A stretch of 60,835 bases of DNA, counting the filler, from Globobulimina sp. (lineage: Eukaryota): the NCBI GenBank assembly GCA_003354225.1. It is 13 parts of 13 records of this genome, joined end to end, with 100 filler letters (N's around TTAATTAATTAA, not from the genome) between each part and the next. Parts side by side here need not be neighbours in the genome. Positions count along the whole stretch, not along the records: positions 46,892 to 51,474 come from PIVH01001096.1; positions 51,575 to 56,155 come from PIVH01001097.1; positions 56,256 to 60,835 come from PIVH01001098.1; 10 more parts are not named here. One strand, 5' to 3'. Position numbers and translations under genes: made by a program. Under the pieces are notes generated by a model, which saw only the letters and a program-made list of their open reading frames with translations, had not been told where the DNA came from and made no database searches. Positions 49,307-60,087 of the stretch are shown one piece after another; position 1 is the first letter of the stretch, and each line of letters opens with the position of its first letter.

Positions 49307-50494
49307 ATGCCATTGGTATTCTCTCATTGGTATCACATCCCCACTGTTATTCTCTCGTGGTTATCATTTTTTTGTTCATTATATGTCTGTATTTCCGCAT
49401 ATATGTTACATGTTCTACATAAGAAAGAAATGATGCATTTACGAAACGTATTCAAGAACAATTATTCACATTCACTCGTCTCAATGTCGCATCCATTGTC
49501 GGTCTTAGAGAAGAAACCGATCCATAAACATTACTGGGAGACAGAGGCATTGATTTCGCATCACATATTTTGGATGGCTTTCTGTGACACAATGTTTGCA
49601 TTTTGGGCCATTCTCACATGGACGCCACAATTATTTGACACATTTATATTCTCGAAACCTAGCTATTTGTGCACCATTTCTGCAGTTTGGGTGACAGCCT
49701 CTGCGTGTGCTGGGACACTGTGGTACTTAGTCATTGCATATTGCTTATTTTGTATTATATTTAGCATTCAAAATAAATGCAGTGACATTGCCAATAAACG
49801 AACAAAAGCGTATCACTCTATTTTTGTATGGCTATTGACAGTGACTTTGTGTCTTATTGTTGGTGTGTTGAATGGTTATGGATATACCACAAATATACAC
49901 GACACAGAATGTGGTACGTTGATAAAAACAACGCAAATTATAATCTATACCGTGTATATAGTTACTGTATCATTTGCAATCTGTTTGTTCTGCGCAATTG
50001 TCTATAAATTGTACATCAAACCGTGTCTAGTAAGCTTTTATTATTGTTTGTGTTGTGATGATGAGGAAGAAAACAGTAACACTGAGAAGAAAGGAAACTA
50101 TGCAATGCTTGTGAATGCTAAACAATTTGACAGTAATTCTGATATTTTGACTGGATTATCGGTCAAAAAACAGGAATTAGTTTTGCGTTTAACAGAATTT
50201 ACAATTGTTTTTATCATCGTATGGATGTTTCCAATTTGGGATAGAATCCATCGATGGATATCAGACAATGATACATCTCCAGAATGGCTGGCAATTTTAC
50301 ATAATTGGTTTCTGGTTTCGATTGGTTTGGGAAATGCCATCGTTTGGATGAGAAGCAAATCGTTTCAATCTTTTTATGAATCGAAGAAATTAATGACGAA
50401 AATCGATGAACGCATTCAACATTTTCATAGGACAAACTTAAAATCGATTGCAAGTCCGGATACCATATGTTTTAAAAAAAGAATGTTTCTTTGA
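49307..50494 (+). CDS. 7TM GPCR, cAMP-receptor/GCR1-like
   Basis: Seven TM segments; IFWMAFCD, LC..SA, W..VIAY, YH..VW, FIIVWMF, GLGNAIVW. Confidence 0.85.
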   Translation: MPLVFSHWYHIPTVILSWLSFFCSLYVCISAYMLHVLHKKEMMHLRNVFKNNYSHSLVSMSHPLSVLEKKPIHKHYWETEALISHHIFWMAFCDTMFAFWAILTWTPQLFDTFIFSKPSYLCTISAVWVTASACAGTLWYLVIAYCLFCIIFSIQNKCSDIANKRTKAYHSIFVWLLTVTLCLIVGVLNGYGYTTNIHDTECGTLIKTTQIIIYTVYIVTVSFAICLFCAIVYKLYIKPCLVSFYYCLCCDDEEENSNTEKKGNYAMLVNAKQFDSNSDILTGLSVKKQELVLRLTEFTIVFIIVWMFPIWDRIHRWISDNDTSPEWLAILHNWFLVSIGLGNAIVWMRSKSFQSFYESKKLMTKIDERIQHFHRTNLKSIASPDTICFKKRMFL

Positions 50495-50576
50495 GAAGTT
50501 AGTTAAAGATATACAAATTAAAATCATCTACAACTTTTCCAAAAACCAAAAACAATCCTTCGTGACTACTGCAACA

Positions 50577-51474
50577 ATGCTTGCATCTTTAATCGTCGGT
50601 TTAATACTACGCACATCATCAGTATCAGCGGCCGCATGTTACAATCCAGCGACAGTTTGTGGAAGCAATATGCCATCCACTTGTAACCCAGATTTGGCTC
50701 AGATATCACAAGAACTTAAAGATTATTGTGTTGAAAATAGAAATATTTTATTCAAAACTGGTTTAGATGATGGTTCAGTCAGCTCCGGCCTTTCGAACAT
50801 CGATAATACTTTTATATTATGCTGGGAGAGTTTCACAAGTTGCGGTCGCGTCATCTTAATCAAATCGCAGACATCGAGCAAATGCGGCCAACCTTGGGAT
50901 GATGGCACATCTCAAGGTGTTAAAATCGGCGGTGGTATAGATTTGGGAAGAGAAGATATCGCATCCTTAACAGCCCTCGGTGCTTCAACAGACACTTTAA
51001 CTAAATTGAGTAATTATATTGGTTTACAATTATGGGACGCAGCGGAGGCGGTTTGCGCAACGCCACTCACCATCGATGTGGCTGATGCCTATGCTTTAAC
51101 CACTGCTTCAATCGAGAAATACGCTCAAGAGTTAATTATAGGCCTTATATATATAATAAACAGTATATACAATTATGCAGAACCAAAACAATTGTATTAT
51201 CTTTCCGTACTTTTATAAATTCGGGAAACTTTGTGCAAATTCGTCGCGTTTCTGTGTGCTTTGGTTTTTCGGATTTTTATAAAAGCTTTGTAATTCAATG
51301 TTTTTTGGTTCAATATTTTGTACTGTAATTTATACGTTTTATGCGTTGTACACATAGAATGGAGACGGTGTATAATGCAGAAAAGGCGGCGGATGCATTG
51401 CCATTTAATGAGTTGCCTTTGGGTGTTAAGACCGTGTTAGTTTCGATTGAATATAAATGGGGCCATTCGTTCAA
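50577..51474 (+). CDS. Secreted pesticin C-terminal-like muramidase; intron 51131-51357; 3' partial
   Basis: Signal peptide; FILCWES..QGVKIGGGIDLG..LTKLSNYIGL..PLTI..YN..FNELPLGVKTVLVSIEYKWG. Confidence 0.75.
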
Positions 51475-51914
51475 NNNNNNNNNNNNNNNNNNNNNNNNNN
51501 NNNNNNNNNNNNNNNNNNTTAATTAATTAANNNNNNNNNNNNNNNNNNNNNNNNNNNNNNNNNNNNNNNNNNNNCTTTGAGCCTACACAAGTTAAATAGT
51601 CGCCTAAATGCGAAATACTGTAGTTCCCATTTTCGTTTTTGTATTGAAATAGTTACTAAATAGTGTAGTCTCCAGGGATGGCCACTATTGTCCAATTAAT
51701 GACATATTTGAATGGTGATGGACATGGCTGCATATATTCCAATGGGAAATCGATATCCATTATCATTGAGAACAATGTTATCACATTTTACAATAATGGC
51801 ACAGAAGATAGAAAATAAATTATTGTAAAATGATAGAATTAATAAATTATAAAAATGAAACAAGGAAATAATAAATTATTGAAAAATGATAGAATTAATT
51901 TTTTATAATCAAAT

Positions 51915-54540
51915 TCAAACACTTTCTTCATTTTTTTTCTTTTCTTCCTTTAAAAAAGATACATTCTCATCAATTATTGCTTCGTCTGTTGCCATACTGC
52001 TGCTGCTATGCGTAGCTTTATAACTTTCTCTGTTTGTATTTGATGGCTGCTTTAATGGCAACCCATCCTTCAGTCGAACACTGTCATGATGCTTATTATT
52101 GCCACCCACTTCATTCTGCAGCTGATCATCACTTGAATCATTTTCAACATTATCCAATGTCTCCATGTGTGGCTTCAGCCGTTTCAGTGACTTCCTTTTT
52201 TGTGGGATTGGCGTCTTTCTCCTCCTCTTTGCGTTTCTAACCTTCCTTTTTTTAGTTTGTCCAAATTTACTCAATCCTCGCTGACCTCGCACAGAAGCAA
52301 CCGATGCAAGTCTTGCTGTTGGCGCCAATACAGCCAATATATCACTATCCGTCTCATCTGTCGACACATCCAAATCCAGTTCATGATCATGATCAAATTG
52401 AAAATCCGGTGGCTCCTCGTTTGGTGTACTGGGAAGCGATGCTTTCTTGCCAGCATTATGCACCACAACTTTTTCATTGCGTCGCTCAGAGTTATGTCGA
52501 AAATGCCACGCTGACATTTTCGAAAAAAAAGAATCCGAATTGGAACCACCATTTTTCTGCATAGGCTCATGTTCTCCATCCACATCAGATGCTGTTTTTT
52601 TGTTTGCTGCAAACAATTTATTTGAGGATACCACATCATCCAAATCCAAATCCAATACACACGATTTTGTAAAAGCATGTTCTTCGTCTGACACATTCTC
52701 AAATTTATCATCTTGCCCTACTTTGTGATATCCAGCAGCATCGACACCTTTTTTCGGTGCAAACATGAACTTTTCCAACAGATCAGATCGTAAACTCGAA
52801 GCTTGTCTGGATAAATCATGAACGACTTGACGCGAAACATTAGCCGACGCTTTTTTTGCAGTTAAACGACATCGTCGGATTGTTCTGCAGTGTTCGAGTT
52901 GGCTCATTTTCACTTTTTTCTTAATGGCGTTCCATTCATAGGCACAACGTTTGGGTTTGAATGCATTGCGAAAGATGGTTTTTATAGATTCGATATTTAA
53001 GACATAGAACTCGCACCACGTCAAACATCGAACTGCGTACCGCCGCTTCCCTGCAATCAACGATCTCTCTCCGACTACATCTCCGCGGCTTAATTGTCGG
53101 AAAGTGCCGTCAAAATATTTCAATGTGGCCAGCCCAGTTCGCTGTAAATACATACATTTGGCCACATCGCCACGCCGAAATAAATACCCTTTGCAAGACT
53201 CAGAGTGTCCGTTGCAAGAAATGGAGTGCATTGTCAATGCTATCTGTCCAATGACTTCCAGCGGTAAATCCTTGAATAAATCCATTTTGCTCAGACATTT
53301 GCTCGCTATCTTCACATTGACTGTTCTTTGCAGAAAGGGCGGTAATATCGGCAAAATGTCTTCTGCTTCGAATACGAAATTGTAATTGCAATAATAGCGG
53401 ACATGAGTGAGTATGGTGCGTGTCAGCGTACGGTCGAACTTATGATGTCGACAAAATGCTTGCGCTTCCTCCACTTTTTGCATTTCAAAACTGCGCACTC
53501 GGTCACCCTCCGCCACCCAGCTCGTTAATATGCCGATAAAGTACGCGAATAAACAGGAACCTGTCAATATGCAGAAGCTGCAGACCCATTGTTCCGTGGG
53601 GTTATGAGCTGTGTGCAGTGTCAAATGGATATAAAAATAGATAAAATGGATAAGATGGATGCACGAACCAGTAATGTCTCCGTAGCCCGTAGTGAACCTA
53701 AGTTATGTATTACTGATTAGTTTGCGCAGTGTTTATTGCATAGAAACATAAATATTCATACAAAGTAACCACCGCCCAATACCAAGATGCGCTGTATTTC
53801 ACTGTTAAGGAGTCATCAACGTCAATGCCTTGTGCTTGAATCCATGACCAATATGAAGTTACACCATCCTCGTTTGTAACAGGTTGAATATCTTCGTTGT
53901 AGCCAGTACATCCAACATGCCACCTTTTAGTGTTTATATAATGGTTTGCAAATTAATTGGAATGAAATGATATATATATATATATATGAGATACATACCA
54001 TATACAGGCAAAACAATGGGCAGTGAGTATCATAGCACCCACAATTTTCAATAAGCGTAACATAAAAAACATTTCGCGCGCAACATATATCATTTTAGAC
54101 AAACCATCAAACATTTTCATAATGCGGATGACTCGCAATATTTTAAAAATTCTAAACAAGCGAAAAATGCGTAATACTTTGAGATATGAACTAAAATGGC
54201 TGTCGCCCACATCTCCGTTGACAATAAATTCCAAAGGAAAACTCGTCAATAAATCCAACCAGAACCAACCTTTAAAATACTTCTTTGCGATCTCAATTTG
54301 ATCCGTATGCAGTAATAAACGGTCATATTTGTCAAAATATTGAGTTCGAAAATTTATCAAAATATCTAATAATAATAGCATATCAATGGAAAATGTTATA
54401 ATTCCTAATGTATTGCTTAGTGATAACTGAACTTCAAACGCCAATGTTAACGGGATTTCGACTGCGGTGTAAATCAAAGCAAGCAGAATAAAGCCATCCC
54501 AACATATACGAACTGGACCATATGGATGGAATGTCTGTGT
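51915..54540 (-). CDS. Cyclic-nucleotide-binding voltage-gated K+ channel (EAG/HCN/CNG family), multi-exon; further 5' exons unresolved
   Basis: FHPYGPVRICWD, DILINFRT, WFWLDLLTSFP, S4 LRIFRLFRIFKILR, TTGYGD filter, C-linker and CNBD. Confidence 0.92.
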
Positions 54541-54895
54541 ATGTCATGCATATATATATGCCTTTATGTGTTCTTGTCATACGATGATTTAATAGCAGAA
54601 ACGTACGGTCATTGTTGATGGTCAACAGCCTGTCAGCTCTGAATTTCGGCTCATTTCGGCGACCGTCAGCTATCACACTAATCACAGTGACCGTACGTAC
54701 CTGTTTAATAGTTATTAACTGGAAATATTTTGCAGCAACTTTGAATTGCCGCTTGTTTTTCGTTTTGTTTAGCAGGCATTGGATAAGAGTTGCCTTGTTC
54801 CAACGGTAACATTTCAGTCTGTGTCGTCATTCTTGCTGAAGACCAAAAACTGCACTACAACTTTACTTTACATTTTTTCAGTCTTTTGAAGAATA

Positions 54896-55933
54896 ATGTC
54901 TACATTTTGGGATTGTGGTGTCTGTGAGTTTCGAAACTCCAACATCACCGCTGTTTGTCGAGCTTGTTTCAACATAAAAACACCAGTGACAGAAGAAAAA
55001 AAAGAAGAAATTGATGACAGTTTGTTCAAGTTTGGTGTCGGTGATTGTGAATTGCGATATAATGTGTTAAGTGATGACCTTTCAGACAACGCATTTTCTC
55101 GCTTAAAAAATGAAGTAACATGGCATGAAATGCGGCATAAAGGAGGTCTGGTTCCTCGACTGGTCGCTAATCAGGGAATATTATACTCGACTAACAATAA
55201 TATGCAATTTGAACCAATTTACAGACATCCTGCGACCCAGCAACCCAAATTAATTCCATTCACTCCCTTCGTTAATAAAATTCGACAAATATGTGAAAAA
55301 TATGCAAATCATACCTTAAATCATGCGTTAATTCAATATTACAGAAACGGGCATGATTACATCAGCGACCATTCAGATAAAACAATTGACATTGATCCTG
55401 ATTCTAAAATAGTTGGATTTTCCGTTGGCGCCACACGTTTAATGATATTAAAAAAGAAAAAAGAAACAAAAATGGATATTAACATGACAAATATTGAAAA
55501 TAATCAACGAATTCGTTTGTTAAATAATAGCGTATTTACGTTGGGTTTACAGACCAATCGATTTCTGTATCATACAATAAAGAGAGATCACAGAGAAAAC
55601 TTTTTGAAAAGAAAGGATGAATTATTGTGTAATGGACAAAGGATCTCGATTACATTCAGAAAGATATCTACATTCCGATCACGATCAAAGCCACAAAATA
55701 TTTTAATTGGTCAAGGAGCAAAGTTTCCAAATTCAAATGCAATTATTAACGTGTTGCATAATGAAAAAAAAATTATTTTTGAAAGGCAAAAAGTTAATTT
55801 TGAACATGTAAGTAATTGGCAACAACAAAATGAGTTTAAACGTATGATTTATGCGTTTGGCGATGAAAATAGAAAGGCAGCGAGTTTTGATTGGGAAGAG
55901 ACGTATGGCAAAGGGTTTAGCCTTGTTTTGTAA
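54896..55933 (+). CDS. AlkB-family 2OG-Fe(II) dioxygenase with N-terminal RanBP2-type zinc finger
   Basis: WDCGVCEFRN..CRAC; YYRNGHDYISDHSD (HxD), YHTI, RISITFR. Confidence 0.88.
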   Translation: MSTFWDCGVCEFRNSNITAVCRACFNIKTPVTEEKKEEIDDSLFKFGVGDCELRYNVLSDDLSDNAFSRLKNEVTWHEMRHKGGLVPRLVANQGILYSTNNNMQFEPIYRHPATQQPKLIPFTPFVNKIRQICEKYANHTLNHALIQYYRNGHDYISDHSDKTIDIDPDSKIVGFSVGATRLMILKKKKETKMDINMTNIENNQRIRLLNNSVFTLGLQTNRFLYHTIKRDHRENFLKRKDELLCNGQRISITFRKISTFRSRSKPQNILIGQGAKFPNSNAIINVLHNEKKIIFERQKVNFEHVSNWQQQNEFKRMIYAFGDENRKAASFDWEETYGKGFSLVL

Positions 55934-56302
55934 AACCAAATAAGTGTTGTTTTTAATTTCATAAATTGAAAGTTACACCATATTGTGTGTTGTCATTCAG
56001 TTGGAATATATACAAACATGCGGTCCAACACAGACGGGACAATAGTGGCCATCCCTGGAGACTACACTATTTAGTAACTATTTCAATACAAAAACGAAAA
56101 TGGGAACTACAGTATTTCGCATTTAGGCGACTATTTAACTTGTGTAGGCTCAAAGNNNNNNNNNNNNNNNNNNNNNNNNNNNNNNNNNNNNNNNNNNNNT
56201 TAATTAATTAANNNNNNNNNNNNNNNNNNNNNNNNNNNNNNNNNNNNNNNNNNNNACCAACACGAACAAACAAACAAAACGATGATACATCCAAACCATT
56301 GA

Positions 56303-59095
56303 TTGATTTTGATATTTTTAGAGAACAAAACAAATGAAACGGATAATGAGAGTGATGAATGTAGACAGAAATCAAACGACTGTCAAGCAATAAAGCGAGT
56401 AATGCAAACGACTGTCAAGCAAACGACTGTCAAGCAAACGACTGTCAAGCAATTAAAATTACGATTTGAGGAAAATGCAAATTTGATACCAATACATCCA
56501 TCGACTGACTGCATATTAGATTTACTAAACATAGCGTTACGAAGAGGCGTAGTGGCATGGAACGGCGATAAATATATCAAAAGGAGAGGATGCGGAATGG
56601 GCAGATGTTGGGCGTGTCGTTACGCAGATTTAGCCATAGTGCTTTACGACAACTTATTAAGAGATAGAATTTGGATTAACAGGAGATCGGCGTTGGAGGT
56701 GTTGATGGATGGGAGATTTAGAGACGATTTCTTTGGCGCGGGATGTGGGGATACATTTGATCTAAAATGCTTATTATATGGCATGAATTCGTTGAATGCG
56801 GCATTACAATTCACGTTGGACTATGACTGCGTGAATAGAGACACTGATTTAAATGGAAAATATTTAGAAATATTGGATACGAAGTTTTTGGTGCAGAGGA
56901 AGTTGAAAATATTTGATAATCTACAATTTTGGGGCTGGGACATTGCAGTTGATGTACATTCAAAGGATACAGATACACACTGTACACTGCAAAACGATTC
57001 GTGTCATGCCAGCCACCAAAAGAGAGCCGTTATATCCTCGACAGCATTGAGAATACGCAGTATTTGCGACAATCAATTCATAGAAAAACAATTTATTAAT
57101 TACAAAAGTTATTTGATCGCGCGAGACCACGATGTGTGGCAAGTTAATAATATATTTAATAAATTTGAGAAATTAACAAAAAAACAAGCGTTGAATATAT
57201 GGAAACAGCCATATTATATTAGAAAAAAACGAGAAAGAAAATATTTCAACAATTTGGTGGATAATAAAGAAGAAAAAGAAGAGACGGAAAGAGAAATTGA
57301 ATTGAGATTAATCGCCGAAAAAGTGAAAGACAAAACGTTTTGGTTAGTCATTAAATATCATAATGAAATGCCAAATATATACAATTTATTAAATATAGCA
57401 TATAATAATTGGATTAGAAACGATTCGAAGCTATCGGCAATTTTCCCGATAGAAAAATTCAAAATAAGTTACAAATGCTATGACAAATTAGATTCAATAA
57501 TATCTCCGAACACTTTTGAATTAAAAACAGTCGAAGAAAAATCGGATTTGATGACTGATGATTTAATCAAATTTTGCAACATCGGCAAATTCACAGTAAT
57601 CGATAAAAATAAAATTAGTTTGGTTAATTTAGATAAATGGAAAGGTTTCATTTGTTGCAAAACCTTATGCGAAATGGGTATAACACCGGGCAGAGAAGAT
57701 TGTGCATGCAGAGAATTCCCGGATATTATGCAAAATCGTAAGAAATGGAAATCAGAGATTACGGGACAATCAATAAAATGTAATCGATCATCGTGCTTTA
57801 CGCGTGACTTAATTTACATTATTTTTTGCGATAACTGCGGTATGCCATATTTTGGGAAATGTGGCAGAGGAAAAAACAGCAACAGGCAGTTTAAGACGAG
57901 GACGAGGGAGCATACCAGAGACATTTTAAAAGTATATAAATTGTTAGTAAATAGAAATTATTACAATTCAGATGGATCAATATCAAATAATATAGGTTTA
58001 TTAGCATTAATTTTGAAGAGCATCAAAAAGGACTATACCGGCGAAGTAATGCACTTTTTGGGCTTAGATGGGTCGAAATGCCATCTTTTAAACAAAGGAA
58101 ATCCATTGAAATTGATGAAAACCTTCGTCATCAAACAAGTTAAAGGCGAAAATAGATTTGTTTTGGAGGCAAAATTGTGTCAACAAGAAATATTTTATCA
58201 GACACAATTTTGTGCGATAACTCACGGTATGAACAGCGGAAAGGATGCAAACAATACAGGAACGTTTTCAAGAGACTTCACAAAAAAGGTGGAGCAGGAT
58301 TTGATTAATTATGAGAGAGAAATGCGAGTAAAGGAATGGAAAAAATGCGAGAAAATATTGAAAAACGAAGAAAAGAAAAATAAAAAAGATATAAAAAATC
58401 TGAAAAATGAACTAAATTTCAGTCGATTTTTCAACAAAAACAATAATAATAATTCGATTTTAAGCATAAACGTATCACAAATATCGGAGAATGAACCATT
58501 AAATGATACGGCTTTGAGGGAATACAATTTATTGAATAATCAAATCATTGATGAAGAAGCAAATAATAATAGAATGTGGAGACAATTGGACCAAACAAAT
58601 CCGGTCGTAAATAGAGAGGAAAAACAGGAGGAGGTAGAGGAAGAAAAATTGATTTTGCCAGAACGGATTATAAATTTTGATAAAAACACTTTGAAAAACA
58701 AATCAGATTCGAATGAGATATATTTATTATTAAATATATCAGAAATATCACAAAAAGCGGCGTTATCATTTAATCCAAACGATTCAGTGTTGGATATAGA
58801 CGTTATGGAGAATATAGATAGCGATGATACAAAATTGGCACAAATCGATGAAAATTTAATCATATCGCATGAAAAAGACATTAATTTGGATTTGTGTTTG
58901 GATTTTAATTTGGTAGAAAACTTAGAAGATATTTCGAAATTATTGGATGAAAATAAAGATGATTTAAATTCGAATTTATTAGATTTCAAATTACCAAGAA
59001 AGTCGTTCGAAAGCCGGTGGAGAGAGTGGGAGAAGAATGAATTATTAAAATTAAAACCCGGCGAAAAGTATGAACCGTTCGTATCGATGCTGTAA
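56303..59095 (+). CDS. Penelope-like element polyprotein: 5'-truncated reverse transcriptase + Cys-rich linker + GIY-YIG endonuclease + C-terminal extension
   Basis: GCGMG..YADL, RFRDD (56717-56728), ILD, DVHSKDTD..SCH..ALRIRSIC (PLE thumb); LIYIIFCDNCGMPYFG..RTREH, QQEIFY, HGMN. Confidence 0.92.
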   Translation: MILIFLENKTNETDNESDECRQKSNDCQAIKRVMQTTVKQTTVKQTTVKQLKLRFEENANLIPIHPSTDCILDLLNIALRRGVVAWNGDKYIKRRGCGMGRCWACRYADLAIVLYDNLLRDRIWINRRSALEVLMDGRFRDDFFGAGCGDTFDLKCLLYGMNSLNAALQFTLDYDCVNRDTDLNGKYLEILDTKFLVQRKLKIFDNLQFWGWDIAVDVHSKDTDTHCTLQNDSCHASHQKRAVISSTALRIRSICDNQFIEKQFINYKSYLIARDHDVWQVNNIFNKFEKLTKKQALNIWKQPYYIRKKRERKYFNNLVDNKEEKEETEREIELRLIAEKVKDKTFWLVIKYHNEMPNIYNLLNIAYNNWIRNDSKLSAIFPIEKFKISYKCYDKLDSIISPNTFELKTVEEKSDLMTDDLIKFCNIGKFTVIDKNKISLVNLDKWKGFICCKTLCEMGITPGREDCACREFPDIMQNRKKWKSEITGQSIKCNRSSCFTRDLIYIIFCDNCGMPYFGKCGRGKNSNRQFKTRTREHTRDILKVYKLLVNRNYYNSDGSISNNIGLLALILKSIKKDYTGEVMHFLGLDGSKCHLLNKGNPLKLMKTFVIKQVKGENRFVLEAKLCQQEIFYQTQFCAITHGMNSGKDANNTGTFSRDFTKKVEQDLINYEREMRVKEWKKCEKILKNEEKKNKKDIKNLKNELNFSRFFNKNNNNNSILSINVSQISENEPLNDTALREYNLLNNQIIDEEANNNRMWRQLDQTNPVVNREEKQEEVEEEKLILPERIINFDKNTLKNKSDSNEIYLLLNISEISQKAALSFNPNDSVLDIDVMENIDSDDTKLAQIDENLIISHEKDINLDLCLDFNLVENLEDISKLLDENKDDLNSNLLDFKLPRKSFESRWREWEKNELLKLKPGEKYEPFVSML
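56373..56449 (+). repeat. 15-bp unit CAAACGACTGTCAAG: one copy at 56373 and three tandem copies at 56405-56449
   Basis: Exact copies visible; encodes QTTVK x3. Confidence 0.97.
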
Positions 59096-59440
59096 AGGGT
59101 GGCGTTATTAGATGTTTTTATTATTTTTATTTATCATTGTTGTGTGAAGATTCGTTTATATATTTTATTTTTTATTTTTATTTAATTGGTTGACAAGTTT
59201 TTGTGATATTTGTCGCTAGTTTTCACGTTGTGTTTGTTTTCATTTTATTGTGTTTGTTTTGATTGTTTGTAGTTTTTTTGTTTTGTGATTGAACATTTTT
59301 AACAGTCTTCAATTAAACACTTTGACAATGGCTTCTTTAAGATAGCCGAAAGCTCAGTGAAATTAATCAATATAAGTTTCAACTAATTCACACTATAAAC
59401 TACACAGTCTATTTACTTAATAAATAAATTAAAGTATTAA
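56450..59440 (+). mobile_element. Penelope-like retrotransposon (Neptune-like), 5' truncated; 3' boundary approximate
   Basis: RT + GIY-YIG ORF, T-rich 3' UTR, hammerhead motif. Confidence 0.85.
59311..59367 (+). ncRNA. Minimal type I hammerhead ribozyme (U3-A8 core variant)
   Basis: CACU-UUGACAA-U-GGCU(loop)AGCC-GAA-AGCU-C-AGUG; distal AUUAA/UUAAU pairing extends stem I. Confidence 0.8.
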
Positions 59441-59504
59441 TTGTTTATCTCAATAAAGAAGCAAACTACAACGTAAACTACAATAATGTACATGTACATG
59501 CACA

Positions 59505-59988
59505 GAGTCTACCGATAAAAGAAAAAAAGGGAAACGAATTGAACATTAAACAAGATTTATTCAATGTGACAGCAAAAATGAATGCATTTACTCAGTTATA
59601 TAATGAAAATGTATTAAATAAAATTTATGAGATTTCTTCCAATTCATTATCGATCGAGAAGGAGATAAAAAATGTTAAATTGCAATGAATATTATGATAA
59701 ATAAATTAAATGAGATTGAATTGCATAATAAACCGGATCCATTAAAATATAAAGTATGGGATTGTGATATGATGATTAAATGGATTGAATCGTTGGAAAA
59801 TGGAAAATGGTTTTAAATCAGATGGAATATTATGTGGTAAATTATTGCCATGCGTTGGGCAAAATGATTTAATGTTACCTCCCTTTGGAATTAAAGAATA
59901 TGATGTTGCATATACATTGGCTCAGCATTTTGAAAGGTTGAAGCAAAAAAATATTGTTAATACTTTTGACAATGAAGGAAGATTATAA
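59505..59988 (+). pseudogene. Frameshifted coiled-coil + SAM-like domain gene remnant
   Basis: KYKVWDCDMMIKWIESLENG and GFKSDGI..PFGIKEY are in different frames, joined at a repeated GAAAATGG. Confidence 0.55.
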
Positions 59989-60087
59989 GCATTCAAAACA
60001 TTTTTCTAATAATGGCACATCAACAGTTCAATTAGTGTAGTGATCAAACTTTCAAACTTTTTGTCATTAAAAAACCACTGCAAAATA

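Noticed and set aside
56256-56340. Inverted pseudo-LTR of the Penelope element
   Set aside because: Its reverse complement resembles the T/G-rich 3' UTR only in composition and does not align.
56373-56449. CRISPR array or telomerase-like product next to an RT
   Set aside because: Only 15 bp, tandem without spacers, and no complementary template found in the element's 3' region. A local templated duplication explains it better.
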